A stretch of 64,000 nucleotides of DNA from Candidatus Saccharimonadia bacterium (lineage in GTDB: Bacteria > Patescibacteriota > Saccharimonadia > Saccharimonadales > JALRHH01): assembly GCA_023253175.1 (NCBI GenBank), contig JALRHH010000001.1:108020-172019 (forward strand). Reading direction: 5' to 3'. The position numbers were made by a program, and so were the translations under genes. Of the stretch, positions 20,030 through 30,443 are shown piece by piece. Each line of letters starts with the position of its first letter. The stretch's first letter is position 1. Under the pieces are notes generated by a model. It ran no database searches, had not been told where the DNA came from, and saw nothing but the letters and a program-made list of their open reading frames with translations.

Positions 20030-21014
20030 TTTCGACGGTTTTTTGGCGTAGTCGGTTGGCGTCCATCGCCGACAGTGCATCAAACATATCCAGGGCATCA
20101 TTGGCTGCAAATTTTGGGAACTCCTGAGGTTTTAGGTGGTTACCCCAGGTTATCTTAAATGCATCAAAATGGTCAGTGACTTTTTGATCAATTTCATGAG
20201 TCGGGAAGAATGTGTCTTCGGCCATCCATATGGCCGCTAATTTTACTCCTGCTTCGCTAGCTCTCTGTAAATTTGGTAGCGCATCCCCGGTTGCCGCTTG
20301 GAAGCCTTCTCTGAGTAGAAAGAGAGGATTTCTGCCAATGTGCCAAAGGGAATGTTTGCCTAGTTCAAGTTTAAGCTCAAGTCTACTGTCTCTCACGAAA
20401 GGAACAATCTCCTTGCCTACGGCTTCGCCCGCACGTAACGCCATTTGCCTAAAACTATGCCGCGCAAGGCCTGCACTTCCGAGCAGGATGGCGCTTTCAA
20501 TGTCATCCGGGCGGTAGGATATGAACTCACTCGTTGCGAGCCCACCCATTGAATGCCCAATGAGCCAGTGTTTTTCTGGGCTATCAGGGTACCGCTCTCG
20601 CAGCATTGCGGAAACACCGTTGATTGCTTGGCTATGGGTCCTTAGGGGGTTCGGTATGTTTTTGGGGTGGTACTGTCTACCGTGGCTGCTCGTGCGCGGC
20701 ATACCGTAATGGACGACGCGGTGGCCTGCTGCTGCAAGATTATGCGCGTAGTCATTGTAGGCCGGCCTGGACGCCATAAATCCATGCTTGATGATTATCG
20801 CTGGCTTGTCCAGGTGTTCGGTTGTATCTAGCGGCTCTGTCACTACGGCCCTGATGGCCATGCCTGCGTGCCGTACTATAACCGGGTCACGGTGTTGAAC
20901 CGTTTCATACTTTTGCCAGACGCTTTCATGTCTGCTGTCGGTTTGGGCGAGTCGTTCAATTCTGGCTTGATCTAAATCTGCCACGGGAGCTAAAGATTCA
21001 TGTGTATCTTCCAC
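20019..21014 (-). CDS. alpha/beta-fold hydrolase
   Basis: Nucleophile elbow GHSMGG. GTG start. The 3' end overlaps the uvrB 3' end by 11 nt. Confidence 0.7.
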   Translation of the reverse strand: MEDTHESLAPVADLDQARIERLAQTDSRHESVWQKYETVQHRDPVIVRHAGMAIRAVVTEPLDTTEHLDKPAIIIKHGFMASRPAYNDYAHNLAAAGHRVVHYGMPRTSSHGRQYHPKNIPNPLRTHSQAINGVSAMLRERYPDSPEKHWLIGHSMGGLATSEFISYRPDDIESAILLGSAGLARHSFRQMALRAGEAVGKEIVPFVRDSRLELKLELGKHSLWHIGRNPLFLLREGFQAATGDALPNLQRASEAGVKLAAIWMAEDTFFPTHEIDQKVTDHFDAFKITWGNHLKPQEFPKFAANDALDMFDALSAMDANRLRQKTVETIA

Positions 21015-21182
21015 GATTTTTGCACCACTTACTTGCTAAGCATAAGCATAGGCTTCTTCTGCAAAATGTAAATACTTTTTTTGTTCTGTGAAAATATTCG
21101 CAGGAGCAATATCAAGCGAGGTATATTATTACTACTTTTGACTGTAGAAATTCACAGGGGTGATTTGGTATACTACTAGGAA

Positions 21183-21476
21183 ATGGCACAACTTTCTAAC
21201 GAAGATATATTAAAATTGGCGCGACTCGCCAGGCTTGGATTGACTCCCGAAGAGGTCGAAGAGTATAAGAACGAACTGAACGCGATACTTGGCTATGTTG
21301 ATAGCTTGGCAGCTGTTGACGTTGCCGGATTGGAGCCAACAAGTCAGGTCACAGGACTTACGAATGTGGTTCGTTCTGATTCTGTTAAGGACTATGGATA
21401 TGAAACGAGTGATCTACTTAAGAATGTTCCAAGCGTAGAAAACAATCTTATAAAAGTAAAAAGGATGATTGGCTAA
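21183..21476 (+). CDS. gatC: Asp/Glu-tRNA amidotransferase subunit C
   Basis: 97 aa, typical GatC N-terminus (ILKLARLARLGLTPEE). Directly precedes gatA with a TAATG overlap. Confidence 0.85.
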   Translation: MAQLSNEDILKLARLARLGLTPEEVEEYKNELNAILGYVDSLAAVDVAGLEPTSQVTGLTNVVRSDSVKDYGYETSDLLKNVPSVENNLIKVKRMIG

Positions 21477-22897
21477 TGGCTTGGGATTCAATTGCTACAA
21501 TCGCTGCAAAGGTCAATGCCGGTGAAGTTAAGGCAGTTGATCTTGTCGAGCAATCACTACGAACGATTGCCGAAAAGTCGTCCTTTAATGCAATCATCGC
21601 TACTACGGAAGATCGTGCTAAGGAACGGGCATCCCAGATTGATGCTGCAATCGCAGCGGGTGAATCTGTCGGGCGCTTAGCGGGTGTTCCATTTATTGCC
21701 AAAGACAATTTCTTAGTATTTGGCGGTGAAACAACAGCTGCCAGTAATATTTTGCGGGGATTTGAAGCGCCGTACCAATCAACTGCAATTAATCGTCTTG
21801 AGGCAGAAGGTGCTATCTGCGTTGCAAAGGCCAACCTGGATGCATTTGCGCATGGTAGTAGTACAGAAAATTCTGACTTTTTTACGACAAAGAACCCACA
21901 TGATGAAACGCGCGTTCCTGGTGGTTCATCCGGTGGTTCTGCTGCCTCTGTGGTGCTTGATCTTGCGCCTTTCGCGCTTGGAACCGATACAGGCGGTTCG
22001 ATTCGTCTGCCGGCTAGCTTTACGGGCTGCGTCGGCTACAAGCCAACCTATGGTCTTGTGAGCCGAAGCGGTGTCGTCGCAATGGCAAGTAGTACCGATG
22101 TTATCGGTCCAATCACGACTTCTGTCGAAGATGCAGCAATCGTGCTTGATGTTATTTCAGGCAAAGATGAGCTAGATAGCACGACCATCGAGAAAGATGC
22201 GCAGGGCTATGTAGTTGATGCACCGGGTTCACTCAAAGGTAAAAAGGTCGGCGTTATTAAAGAATATATGGGCGAAGGCTTAAATCCAGCAGTTAAAGAA
22301 AATATCGTAAAAGCGATAGAGGCTATGAAGGCAGCAGGGGCAGAGGTTTCTGAGGTTAGCTTACCATCGCTACCACTTGCACTGGCTGTATATTACATTG
22401 TGTGTCCAGCGGAAGTTAGTAGTAATTTGAGCCGCTACGACGGACAGCGATATGGCTATACCAAGCAAGATGCCGCCGACCTGAACGACAGCTACATCGG
22501 AAGCCGGGAGCTTGGATTCGGTAAAGAAGCTAAGCGGCGCATTATGATCGGCACCTACGTACTCAGCAGTGGCTACTACGATGCGTATTACCGTAAGGCG
22601 CAGACGGTTCGTACGAAACTTATTAATGAGTTTGCGGCTGCATTTGAACAATATGATGTTTTGGTTGGACCAACTGCGCCTGATATCGCATTCAAGATTG
22701 GTGAAAATGCTGAAGACCCGCTCCAGATGTATCTTACTGACATCATGACTGTTGCAGTAAATCTGGTCGGCGTTCCTGCAATAAGTATCCCGGCGGGTAC
22801 TATTCAAGATATGCCTGTTGGTTTCCAGATTATTGGAAAGCAGCGCTCTGATCGTGAGCTTTTGGCTATTGCCGCACAGACGGAGGCAATCCTATGA
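21476..22897 (+). CDS. gatA: Asp/Glu-tRNA amidotransferase subunit A
   Basis: Amidase signature GGSSGGSAA and GTDTGGSIR. Confidence 0.92.
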   Translation: MAWDSIATIAAKVNAGEVKAVDLVEQSLRTIAEKSSFNAIIATTEDRAKERASQIDAAIAAGESVGRLAGVPFIAKDNFLVFGGETTAASNILRGFEAPYQSTAINRLEAEGAICVAKANLDAFAHGSSTENSDFFTTKNPHDETRVPGGSSGGSAASVVLDLAPFALGTDTGGSIRLPASFTGCVGYKPTYGLVSRSGVVAMASSTDVIGPITTSVEDAAIVLDVISGKDELDSTTIEKDAQGYVVDAPGSLKGKKVGVIKEYMGEGLNPAVKENIVKAIEAMKAAGAEVSEVSLPSLPLALAVYYIVCPAEVSSNLSRYDGQRYGYTKQDAADLNDSYIGSRELGFGKEAKRRIMIGTYVLSSGYYDAYYRKAQTVRTKLINEFAAAFEQYDVLVGPTAPDIAFKIGENAEDPLQMYLTDIMTVAVNLVGVPAISIPAGTIQDMPVGFQIIGKQRSDRELLAIAAQTEAIL

Positions 22898-23349
22898 ATA
22901 CGGTAACACTCATATTAATCGCGTTGGTCGCACTTGTAGGCGTCGTAATAGCCCTGTTTGTGTATAGGCGCATCCCAAAGAAACTAAATAATGAAAAATT
23001 CCAAGATGACTGGAAGGAACTACAGAATTTTTGCCGTGACAAGACCACCTGGTCTCAGGCCGTAATTGATGCCGACAAACTCCTGGACAAGGCGCTGCGT
23101 CGCCGTAAGTTCAAGGGCAAACGAATGGGTGAGCGCATGGTGTCAGCTCAGCGCATGATCAGTAATAATGACCAGCTGTGGTTTGCGCACAATCTTGCTA
23201 AAAAGGTGATTGCGGACCCGGCCATGAAGCTAAAGGAAGCAGACGTTAAATTGGCACTCATTGGCTTCCGTCAGGCGCTTAAGGACCTCGGCGCGCTTAA
23301 GCCATCCGAAGCTGCATCAACCGCTCCAGTAGAAGAGGTACAGAAATAA
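22894..23349 (+). CDS. hypothetical single-pass membrane protein embedded in the gat operon
   Basis: 151 aa with an N-terminal TM helix. Start overlaps the gatA stop (ATGA) and its stop overlaps the gatB start (TAATG). SD GGAGG lies 8 nt upstream. Confidence 0.65.
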   Translation: MNTVTLILIALVALVGVVIALFVYRRIPKKLNNEKFQDDWKELQNFCRDKTTWSQAVIDADKLLDKALRRRKFKGKRMGERMVSAQRMISNNDQLWFAHNLAKKVIADPAMKLKEADVKLALIGFRQALKDLGALKPSEAASTAPVEEVQK

Positions 23350-24794
23350 TGGCCAGCGAATCCGTAAAGTCACAGTACACCGTTACGATAGGTATTGAAT
23401 GCCATGTGCAGCTCAAGACTAAGACCAAACTTTTTAGTGGCGCTGATAACGATGCCCGTGAAGCGGCACCAAATACATTGGTCAACCATATCGACTTTGG
23501 TTTGCCCGGCGCTCTACCGGTGCTTAATGGCGAAGCAGTGCCTCTTGCTGCCAAGGCAGCTTTTGCCCTTGGTACGAAACCGCAGAAATTTAGCAAATTT
23601 GACCGGAAGCACTACTTTTACCCGGATCTACCAATGGGCTATCAGATTACCCAGTTTGATGAGCCAATTATTCTTGGCGGTGAAGTTACATTTGATGTTA
23701 ATGGCGAGATAAAACATGTTGGCATTACCAGGGCACATCTTGAGGCTGATGCTGGCAAGTCGACGCACCCAGCTGGCCGAGATTACAGTCTTGTTGATCT
23801 GAACCGTGCAGGTACGCCGTTACTTGAAATTGTGAGTGAACCCGATATGCATTCTGCCGCAGAAGCGAAGGGCTATGCTAAGGAATTATATCTTCGTATG
23901 AAGTACGCCGGCGTATCTGACGCAAATCTGTACTACGGTAATATGCGCTTTGATGTGAACGTCAGCGTCAGTAAGACTGATGAGTGGGGAACTCGTACAG
24001 AAACAAAGAATCTAAACTCGTTTAGAAGTGTTGAAAAAGCTGTCGAATACGAAGTAAATCGCCAAATTGATGAGCTTGAAAAAGGTAATGAGATTATCCA
24101 GGAAACCCGTGGTTGGGATGACACGCTCCTTCAGACATTCAGCCAGCGCACTAAGGAAGACGCACACGATTATCGTTATTTCCCAGACCCGGATATTCCG
24201 CCGGTCGTGCTAACTGACGAACAAATCGCAGAATTTGAGACCTCAATGGCTAAGCTGCCGAATGACTACCGCGAGATTTTGTTAAGTGTTGGACTTGAAA
24301 AGGCTGTAATAGAAGACATTATTGCTGTTCCGAATACTGCTATGACCGTGGGACGAGTCTACGAGCTCGCTGGCGGCTCCCACGCTAAGCGTGTGGCCTT
24401 TTGGCTGTTACAGCCACAGTCTGACGACTCAGAAGATATTACCGAAGAAGGCCAGCGGGTCTCTGACGAGAATCTTGTAAAGCTTTCACAGATGGTCGAA
24501 GATAATAAGCTGAGCTCTACTGCAGCCAAGGAAGTGCTCGCAGATCTACTTAAGACTAATGATGATCCTGAAAAGATCGCGGAGAGCAAGAATCTCCTTC
24601 AGGTATCTGATGAGGGTGCGATTGCCGAAATTGTCAGCCAGGTGCTTGTTGATAACCCGAAGGCCGCTGAAGACGTAAAGAATGGTGAAATGAAGGCGAT
24701 TGGATTCCTTACCGGCCAGGTTATGAAGTTGTCTCAAGGCAAAGCAAACCCAGCACTTGCGCAGCAGCTGATCAAAAAACAACTAGGTCTTTAG
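23349..24794 (+). CDS. gatB: Asp/Glu-tRNA amidotransferase subunit B
   Basis: GIECHVQL N-terminus and a C-terminal YqeY-like tail (GFLTGQVMK). Confidence 0.92.
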   Translation: MASESVKSQYTVTIGIECHVQLKTKTKLFSGADNDAREAAPNTLVNHIDFGLPGALPVLNGEAVPLAAKAAFALGTKPQKFSKFDRKHYFYPDLPMGYQITQFDEPIILGGEVTFDVNGEIKHVGITRAHLEADAGKSTHPAGRDYSLVDLNRAGTPLLEIVSEPDMHSAAEAKGYAKELYLRMKYAGVSDANLYYGNMRFDVNVSVSKTDEWGTRTETKNLNSFRSVEKAVEYEVNRQIDELEKGNEIIQETRGWDDTLLQTFSQRTKEDAHDYRYFPDPDIPPVVLTDEQIAEFETSMAKLPNDYREILLSVGLEKAVIEDIIAVPNTAMTVGRVYELAGGSHAKRVAFWLLQPQSDDSEDITEEGQRVSDENLVKLSQMVEDNKLSSTAAKEVLADLLKTNDDPEKIAESKNLLQVSDEGAIAEIVSQVLVDNPKAAEDVKNGEMKAIGFLTGQVMKLSQGKANPALAQQLIKKQLGL

Positions 24795-24863
24795 TCTACA
24801 TAGAAGATAAATAACGTTAATCTTTTAACAGATGCGTATGCTTCAGGTGCTATACTTATAGGC

Positions 24864-25121
24864 ATGGAAAATGCTCAAGAAATTCTCGTAATTATATTAT
24901 CTGTAACGTTAACAATCTTTTTAATTGTTAATCTAGTGCTTCTGGTTCTAACCATTAAGCTCATAAAGAGCATTAAACGGGTGACCGATAAGGCAGAAGT
25001 GCTCGCCGACAAAGCTGAAGCTGCCGCCGACGTGTTATCACACGCGGCAACTCCGATCATGGTCGGAAAGCTTATTAGTAATGTTTTTGATAACTTTAAG
25101 CCAAAGTCTAAGAAGAAATAG
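24864..25121 (+). CDS. small membrane protein
   Basis: 85 aa, one TM helix then a helical tail. Extended -10 TGCTATACT lies 7 nt upstream of the ATG. Confidence 0.5.
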   Translation: MENAQEILVIILSVTLTIFLIVNLVLLVLTIKLIKSIKRVTDKAEVLADKAEAAADVLSHAATPIMVGKLISNVFDNFKPKSKKK

Positions 25122-25130
25122 GAGGCTGAT

Positions 25131-25535
25131 ATGGGAAAAAATAGTCGTTTTGCAGTAGGTGCAGTAATCGCAGCGGGTATTGGATATGTCGCAGGTATCC
25201 TGACCGCTCCAAAAAGTGGCAAGGAAACTCGTCATGACATTCATGATAAGGCTGTCCAGACCAAAGAGGAAGTAGCTGCAAAGCTCGAGGAATTGAGTGG
25301 TGAGCTTTCGGCAGTGATCACAACTGGTAAGACAAGAGTGAAGAATCTGCAATCTACTGCCAAGGAAGAAGTAGAAAAGGCCGTGAGTGCTGCTGTAGTT
25401 GCAAAAGACAAGACCAAGGATGTTCTCCATGCGATTAAGACAGGTGAGGCCGATGATAAAGACCTCAAGAATGCAGTTAAAGACGTCAACAAGGCGATCG
25501 ATAATCTCAAAAAATATCTAGACAAGCATGCCTAA
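25131..25535 (+). CDS. YtxH-like protein
   Basis: N-terminal GAVIAAGIGYVAGILTAPKSGKETR pattern typical of the YtxH family, followed by a long helical region. Confidence 0.65.
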   Translation: MGKNSRFAVGAVIAAGIGYVAGILTAPKSGKETRHDIHDKAVQTKEEVAAKLEELSGELSAVITTGKTRVKNLQSTAKEEVEKAVSAAVVAKDKTKDVLHAIKTGEADDKDLKNAVKDVNKAIDNLKKYLDKHA

Positions 25536-25806
25536 ATCAAAATCTAAAAAGCCAAGTAACAAGATAAGTCACGAGCAGCTCGGCCGTATGATGCAGAGTA
25601 TTTATGAGAGTGGCTATATCGATAGAAATACGCTGTATAAAACGAGCTTCATCAAGGGTGTCCTGGGAGGCCTGGGCGGAGTGCTGGGCGCAACGGTGGT
25701 CCTCGCGTTGTTACTCTGGGTTCTGAGTTTGTTTGACCAAACTCCAATCATCGGTCCGTTATTTGATAATTTACAGCAGACAATCGAGTCAAAAAAGACT
25801 CAGTAA
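25528..25806 (+). CDS. small membrane protein
   Basis: 92 aa with a Gly-rich TM segment (GVLGGLGGVLGATVVLALLLWVL). Overlaps the upstream gene by 8 nt. Confidence 0.5.
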   Translation: MPKSKSKKPSNKISHEQLGRMMQSIYESGYIDRNTLYKTSFIKGVLGGLGGVLGATVVLALLLWVLSLFDQTPIIGPLFDNLQQTIESKKTQ

Positions 25807-25855
25807 CACCTTCTAATCGTGCTAAAATAGTATAAACGAGAGGGTATATTTAGCT

Positions 25856-28800
25856 GTGGCTCAAAAAGCTTTGTCACCGAGTGATTATGTACATTTGCAT
25901 AACCATACGCAGTACAGTCTGCTAGATGGTTTGACGCGCCTTGGGCCACTCATGGACTTTGTGAGTGATCAGGGTATGAAAGCCGTGGCCATGACTGATC
26001 ACGGGACCCTGTCAGGTACGATTGATTTCTATAAAGAGGCCGAGGCTAAGGGCGTAAAGCCGATCATCGGTATTGAAACCTATGTTGCTGCGCGAAAGCA
26101 CACCGATAAGGATCCGGTTAAAGACAAGCAGAGGTATCACCTCATTCTTTTGGCCATGAATAATACGGGTTATCAGAATATCATGCAGCTGAGTACAACG
26201 GCCAATCTCCACGGTTTCTACTACTACCCTCGTATAGACCACGAGCTACTTGAAAAGCATAGCGAAGGTGTGATCGCACTGAGCGCCTGTATGGGTGGTG
26301 AGGTCGGTAATGCGATGCGCGAAGGCCAGTATGAGCAGGCTAAGGAAATAGCAGAGTGGTATAAGTCTGTTTTCGGGGATCGATACTACCTGGAGATTCA
26401 GGATCATGGTCATCCTGATAACGAGCTATATAGTCCTGAGCAAGGTGCTATTAACGAGCAGGTTTTAAAGCTCGGTAAGGAACTAGATATACCTGTAGTT
26501 GTCACTTGTGACGCGCACTATCTGAAGCATGAGGATCAGGATGCGCACGAAATCCTCCTCTGCGTAGGAACGGGTTCATTCCTGAGCGATGAAAAACGCA
26601 TGTCACTAAAGGACTACCCACTGCACGTTACCGAACCGGCAGAACTAATTGAGCGTTGGGGCAAGGATCATCCAGAGGTGATTACTAATACCAAAGCTAT
26701 TGCCGATCGCTGCGAAGTAAGTATCGAACTTGGTAAGATTTTGATTCCAAAGTTCCCGGTTCCAGAAGGCGAAACAGAAAAGACATTCCTAGACAAACTT
26801 GTGTACCAAGGATTGGCATGGCGTTACGGCGGCAAAACAGAGGAAGAGGCAAGTAATCTTTCAAACGAGGACTGCGAAAAAAGTTTACCAAAGCATATTG
26901 CAGAGCGAACGGCGTATGAGTTGAGCGTTATTGAAAAGATGGGCTTTAATGGCTACTTTTTGATCATTCAGGATTTTATTAACTGGGGCAAGGACAAGGG
27001 AATTGTCTTTGGCCCGGGTCGTGGTTCTGCGGCAGGATCAATTATTTCGTATGCACTTAAAATTACTGAGCTCGACCCAATGAAGTACGACCTGCTGTTT
27101 GAGCGATTCTTGAATCCAGATCGTATCTCAATGCCCGATGTTGATATTGATATTCAGGATACACGCCGCGGAGAGGTAATTGAATACTGTGTCCAGAAAT
27201 ATGGTACAGAGCGCGTTGCTAATATTGTAACGTTTGGCCGTATGTTTGCCAGAAACGCTGTTCGTGATGTTGCGCGCGTACTACAGGTGCCGTACGCTGA
27301 TGCGGATCGACTTGCAAAAATGATTCCAGCGCCCGTTCAGGGACGCCACATCCCACTTGAAGTTTCCTTGGAAAAAGATGTGGAACTGAAACGAGAGTAC
27401 GAGACAAACGAGAATTCACGCCGTGTACTTGACCAGGCGGTAATCCTAGAGGGCACAATTAGAAGCCACGGTGTTCACGCAGCAGGTGTGGTGATTGCAC
27501 CTGACGATATTGTGAAGTTTGCTCCGCTTGAAATGGCTCAAAAAGGCGTTGTAACGACTCAGTACTCGATGGGTCCGGTAGAGGAACTCGGGCTTCTAAA
27601 AATGGATTTCCTGGGACTGTCTAACCTTACAGTGATCAAGAATGCGCTTCGTATCATTAAGCGTGTATACGATGTCGACATCGACATTAATACGCTGCCG
27701 CTTGATGATGAGAAAACGTATAAACTTTTCCAGCGTGGAGATACAACGGGTGTGTTCCAACTTGAATCCGCAGGCATGAAACGATACCTAAAGGAGCTCA
27801 GGCCTTCTACATTTGAGGACATCGTGGCCATGGTGGCTTTATATCGTCCTGGTCCGATGCAGTTTATTGATAGCTTCATCAAGCGAAAGCATGGCCAGGA
27901 ACAGATTACGTACCTGCATCCAGGACTCGCAAATTCGCTTGAAAACACCTATGGAATTTTGGTGTACCAAGAACAGTTTATGCAGATTTCCAAGGAATGG
28001 TGCGGCTTTACCGGCGGTCAGGCAGATACGCTTCGTAAGGCTGTTGGTAAGAAAAAAATTGACCTCATGCGTAAGGTTAAGGTTGATTTTGTGAAGGGTG
28101 CTGTCGAGCATGGTGGTGCTACGGAAGCGATTGCCGAGAAATTCTGGGATCAGTTGGAAGAGTTTGCAAACTACTGTTTCAACAAATCACACGCCGCATG
28201 TTATGGATTAATCGCTTACTGGACAGCGTACTTAAAGGCACACTACCCATCTGCGTTTATGGCTGCGGTCATGACGAGTGATTATGACGATACTGATCGT
28301 CTAGCAATCGAGATTGCCGAATGTAAGCACATGGGAATTGATGTACTGCAGCCGGACGTCAACGAATCATATGTCGAATTTGCGGTCGTGCCTGAGACTG
28401 ATCAGATTCGTTTCGGGATGTCGGCTATTAAAAATGTCGGTACAGGAGCCGTTGAGGAAATACTTCGCGCCCGTGAGGACGGCGAATTCGCTACGCTTGA
28501 TGATTTCTTCGAAAGAGTTAATACGCGAATTGTTAACCGAAAAGCACTTGAAAGTTTGATCCGCGCAGGTGCTTTTGATCGGTATGGTACACGCAGCCAG
28601 CTGCTTCATAACCTGGATGCAATATTGGCGTATGCATCACGCCTTGCCAAAGAACGGGCAAGTGGGCAGGTGGATCTATTCGGCACGCTACTTGAAGAGA
28701 CCGACGCCGTAAAACCCCAGCTTGTGCTAGAACCAGCCGAAGTTACTCATACAGTGCGTGAACAATTAGCGTGGGAAAGGGAACTACTCGGGTTATATCT

Positions 28801-29479
28801 CAGCTCACATCCTTTGGCGGCATTCGAGGTAATCCTATCTGAGCAGACACTGCCACTCAACTCATTTAAACCAGAACATGACGGCAAGGTTGTCACAATT
28901 GGCGGTGCGGTACTGGAAATGCGAGAAATTCTGACGAAGAAGGGTCAGAAAATGGCATTCGTGAAAATTGCTGATCAATTTGATGAGCTTGAGCTTATTC
29001 TATTCCCCAGTGTCTATCAGCAAACAATTGGTATATGGGAACGTGATCGAGTTGTAATTGTGAAGGGCAAAGTTAATGCCAAGGACAGGGACGGTAATAT
29101 AACGACCGATCTCAAGATATTAGTTGATGATGCCCGCGAGGTGACGCCAGACCAGGCTGCGGCATACGAGGCCACCGGGCGTAAGAAAAAGACCCCGAAG
29201 CCCGCCAAGAAGACTGTTCAGATGGTTAAGATGGCGACTCAGGCTGCGGCGGCTGAATCAGCCAGACTGTATGTGCGAATGGCGCAGAGTGATGACACAG
29301 ACACACTGATGAAATTGAAATCTACTATTGATGAAGCAACCGGTGAAACTGAAGTGGTACTGGTAGTTGGACCCGAAGATAATAAGCAGATTATTAGGCT
29401 TCCGATGCGTGTTGACGCTGAGGCGGCTAAAGAAAAGCTATCACAGCTTGTTGGCGCTGATAATATCCGTCTGCACTAA
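25856..29479 (+). CDS. dnaE: DNA polymerase III alpha subunit
   Basis: PHP domain HLHNHTQYSLLDG, polymerase core, OB fold. GTG start. Confidence 0.93.
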   Translation: MAQKALSPSDYVHLHNHTQYSLLDGLTRLGPLMDFVSDQGMKAVAMTDHGTLSGTIDFYKEAEAKGVKPIIGIETYVAARKHTDKDPVKDKQRYHLILLAMNNTGYQNIMQLSTTANLHGFYYYPRIDHELLEKHSEGVIALSACMGGEVGNAMREGQYEQAKEIAEWYKSVFGDRYYLEIQDHGHPDNELYSPEQGAINEQVLKLGKELDIPVVVTCDAHYLKHEDQDAHEILLCVGTGSFLSDEKRMSLKDYPLHVTEPAELIERWGKDHPEVITNTKAIADRCEVSIELGKILIPKFPVPEGETEKTFLDKLVYQGLAWRYGGKTEEEASNLSNEDCEKSLPKHIAERTAYELSVIEKMGFNGYFLIIQDFINWGKDKGIVFGPGRGSAAGSIISYALKITELDPMKYDLLFERFLNPDRISMPDVDIDIQDTRRGEVIEYCVQKYGTERVANIVTFGRMFARNAVRDVARVLQVPYADADRLAKMIPAPVQGRHIPLEVSLEKDVELKREYETNENSRRVLDQAVILEGTIRSHGVHAAGVVIAPDDIVKFAPLEMAQKGVVTTQYSMGPVEELGLLKMDFLGLSNLTVIKNALRIIKRVYDVDIDINTLPLDDEKTYKLFQRGDTTGVFQLESAGMKRYLKELRPSTFEDIVAMVALYRPGPMQFIDSFIKRKHGQEQITYLHPGLANSLENTYGILVYQEQFMQISKEWCGFTGGQADTLRKAVGKKKIDLMRKVKVDFVKGAVEHGGATEAIAEKFWDQLEEFANYCFNKSHAACYGLIAYWTAYLKAHYPSAFMAAVMTSDYDDTDRLAIEIAECKHMGIDVLQPDVNESYVEFAVVPETDQIRFGMSAIKNVGTGAVEEILRAREDGEFATLDDFFERVNTRIVNRKALESLIRAGAFDRYGTRSQLLHNLDAILAYASRLAKERASGQVDLFGTLLEETDAVKPQLVLEPAEVTHTVREQLAWERELLGLYLSSHPLAAFEVILSEQTLPLNSFKPEHDGKVVTIGGAVLEMREILTKKGQKMAFVKIADQFDELELILFPSVYQQTIGIWERDRVVIVKGKVNAKDRDGNITTDLKILVDDAREVTPDQAAAYEATGRKKKTPKPAKKTVQMVKMATQAAAAESARLYVRMAQSDDTDTLMKLKSTIDEATGETEVVLVVGPEDNKQIIRLPMRVDAEAAKEKLSQLVGADNIRLH

Positions 29480-29481
29480 AA

Positions 29482-30396
29482 CTACCGAATGAAGCCGTTG
29501 GTTTGGCTGAGTACGTATCCGATCATAACGAAGCTGACAAATGCAATATCAAGGAATGGGTGATGTACTACGAACTGCTCGCCATGAATGAGCGCCCGCT
29601 TAACTGCGAAGCCGTGTTTAACGAATACGAACAGGATTAAGAACCCGCTTATCAGTCCGACTACAAATGTAATCCAGGGTGCATTGCCTGCGGTAAGATT
29701 CTGGATCAGAGCGACAGATTTAGAGCCCGGCTCTTGGCTTGAAGCAGAGGTAAATCCGGCATCGTTACTACTTGCCGCGGCAACCTGACTTGTTTCATTT
29801 CCGCTTGGTTGGCCATACATCGCAACTACGATTGTTTCCTGGCCACTGTTATTGAAGTCTTCTGCGTTGGCAAAACCAAAGCCTACTTCAGTAAATGCTC
29901 CGTCAAGCATGTTCGCTCGGTGCGTTGGACTGTTCATCCAACCAGTCACAGTATCTTTGCTGGTTGCAAAGCCGTACGCGAGGTTTTCACCAGCCTTCAT
30001 ATAGTTATAGCCAGCGTGATCTATAAATATCCACGGTGCTTCGCCGTTCGGAGTGTAGTGTGACCAGTAGTTATTCATCGCCATGTCATTAGCCTTCGCT
30101 TGTGCTGCTGCTGATAGTGTTTCATTGATTTGTAGCGACGATTTTCCGTTTTCGCTACGCTTGGAATTAGTGGAACTCAGTAGCTGCTTGCTGCTAATCT
30201 CAGTTGAGTAGGCAAGTACTCCTTGCTTTGATGTTTCCCGAGGTGTTCCAAAGAAAAGGCCAACAGCGATAATTAGGAAAATTGGTAGATACGGCCAGTA
30301 GGTTTTTAGGTAATGTTTACTGGTTTTGTGGTGCTTGGCATGACGCTTCGCGGTATGTGGTTTTGTGGTTCTTTTAGATTTTGTTTGAGCTGGCAT
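29482..30396 (-). CDS. CAP/SCP (PR-1-like) domain membrane protein
   Basis: Basic N-terminus plus a TM helix, a CAP-like core (NYWSHYTPNG...GWMNSPTHRANML), and C-terminal TM helices. Confidence 0.65.
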   Translation of the reverse strand: MPAQTKSKRTTKPHTAKRHAKHHKTSKHYLKTYWPYLPIFLIIAVGLFFGTPRETSKQGVLAYSTEISSKQLLSSTNSKRSENGKSSLQINETLSAAAQAKANDMAMNNYWSHYTPNGEAPWIFIDHAGYNYMKAGENLAYGFATSKDTVTGWMNSPTHRANMLDGAFTEVGFGFANAEDFNNSGQETIVVAMYGQPSGNETSQVAAASSNDAGFTSASSQEPGSKSVALIQNLTAGNAPWITFVVGLISGFLILFVFVKHGFAVKRALIHGEQFVVHHPFLDIAFVSFVMIGYVLSQTNGFIR

Positions 30397-30443
30397 ATTT
30401 TTTGTTTGCGCTTATCTATATAAACGATACCATAATATTCTAA

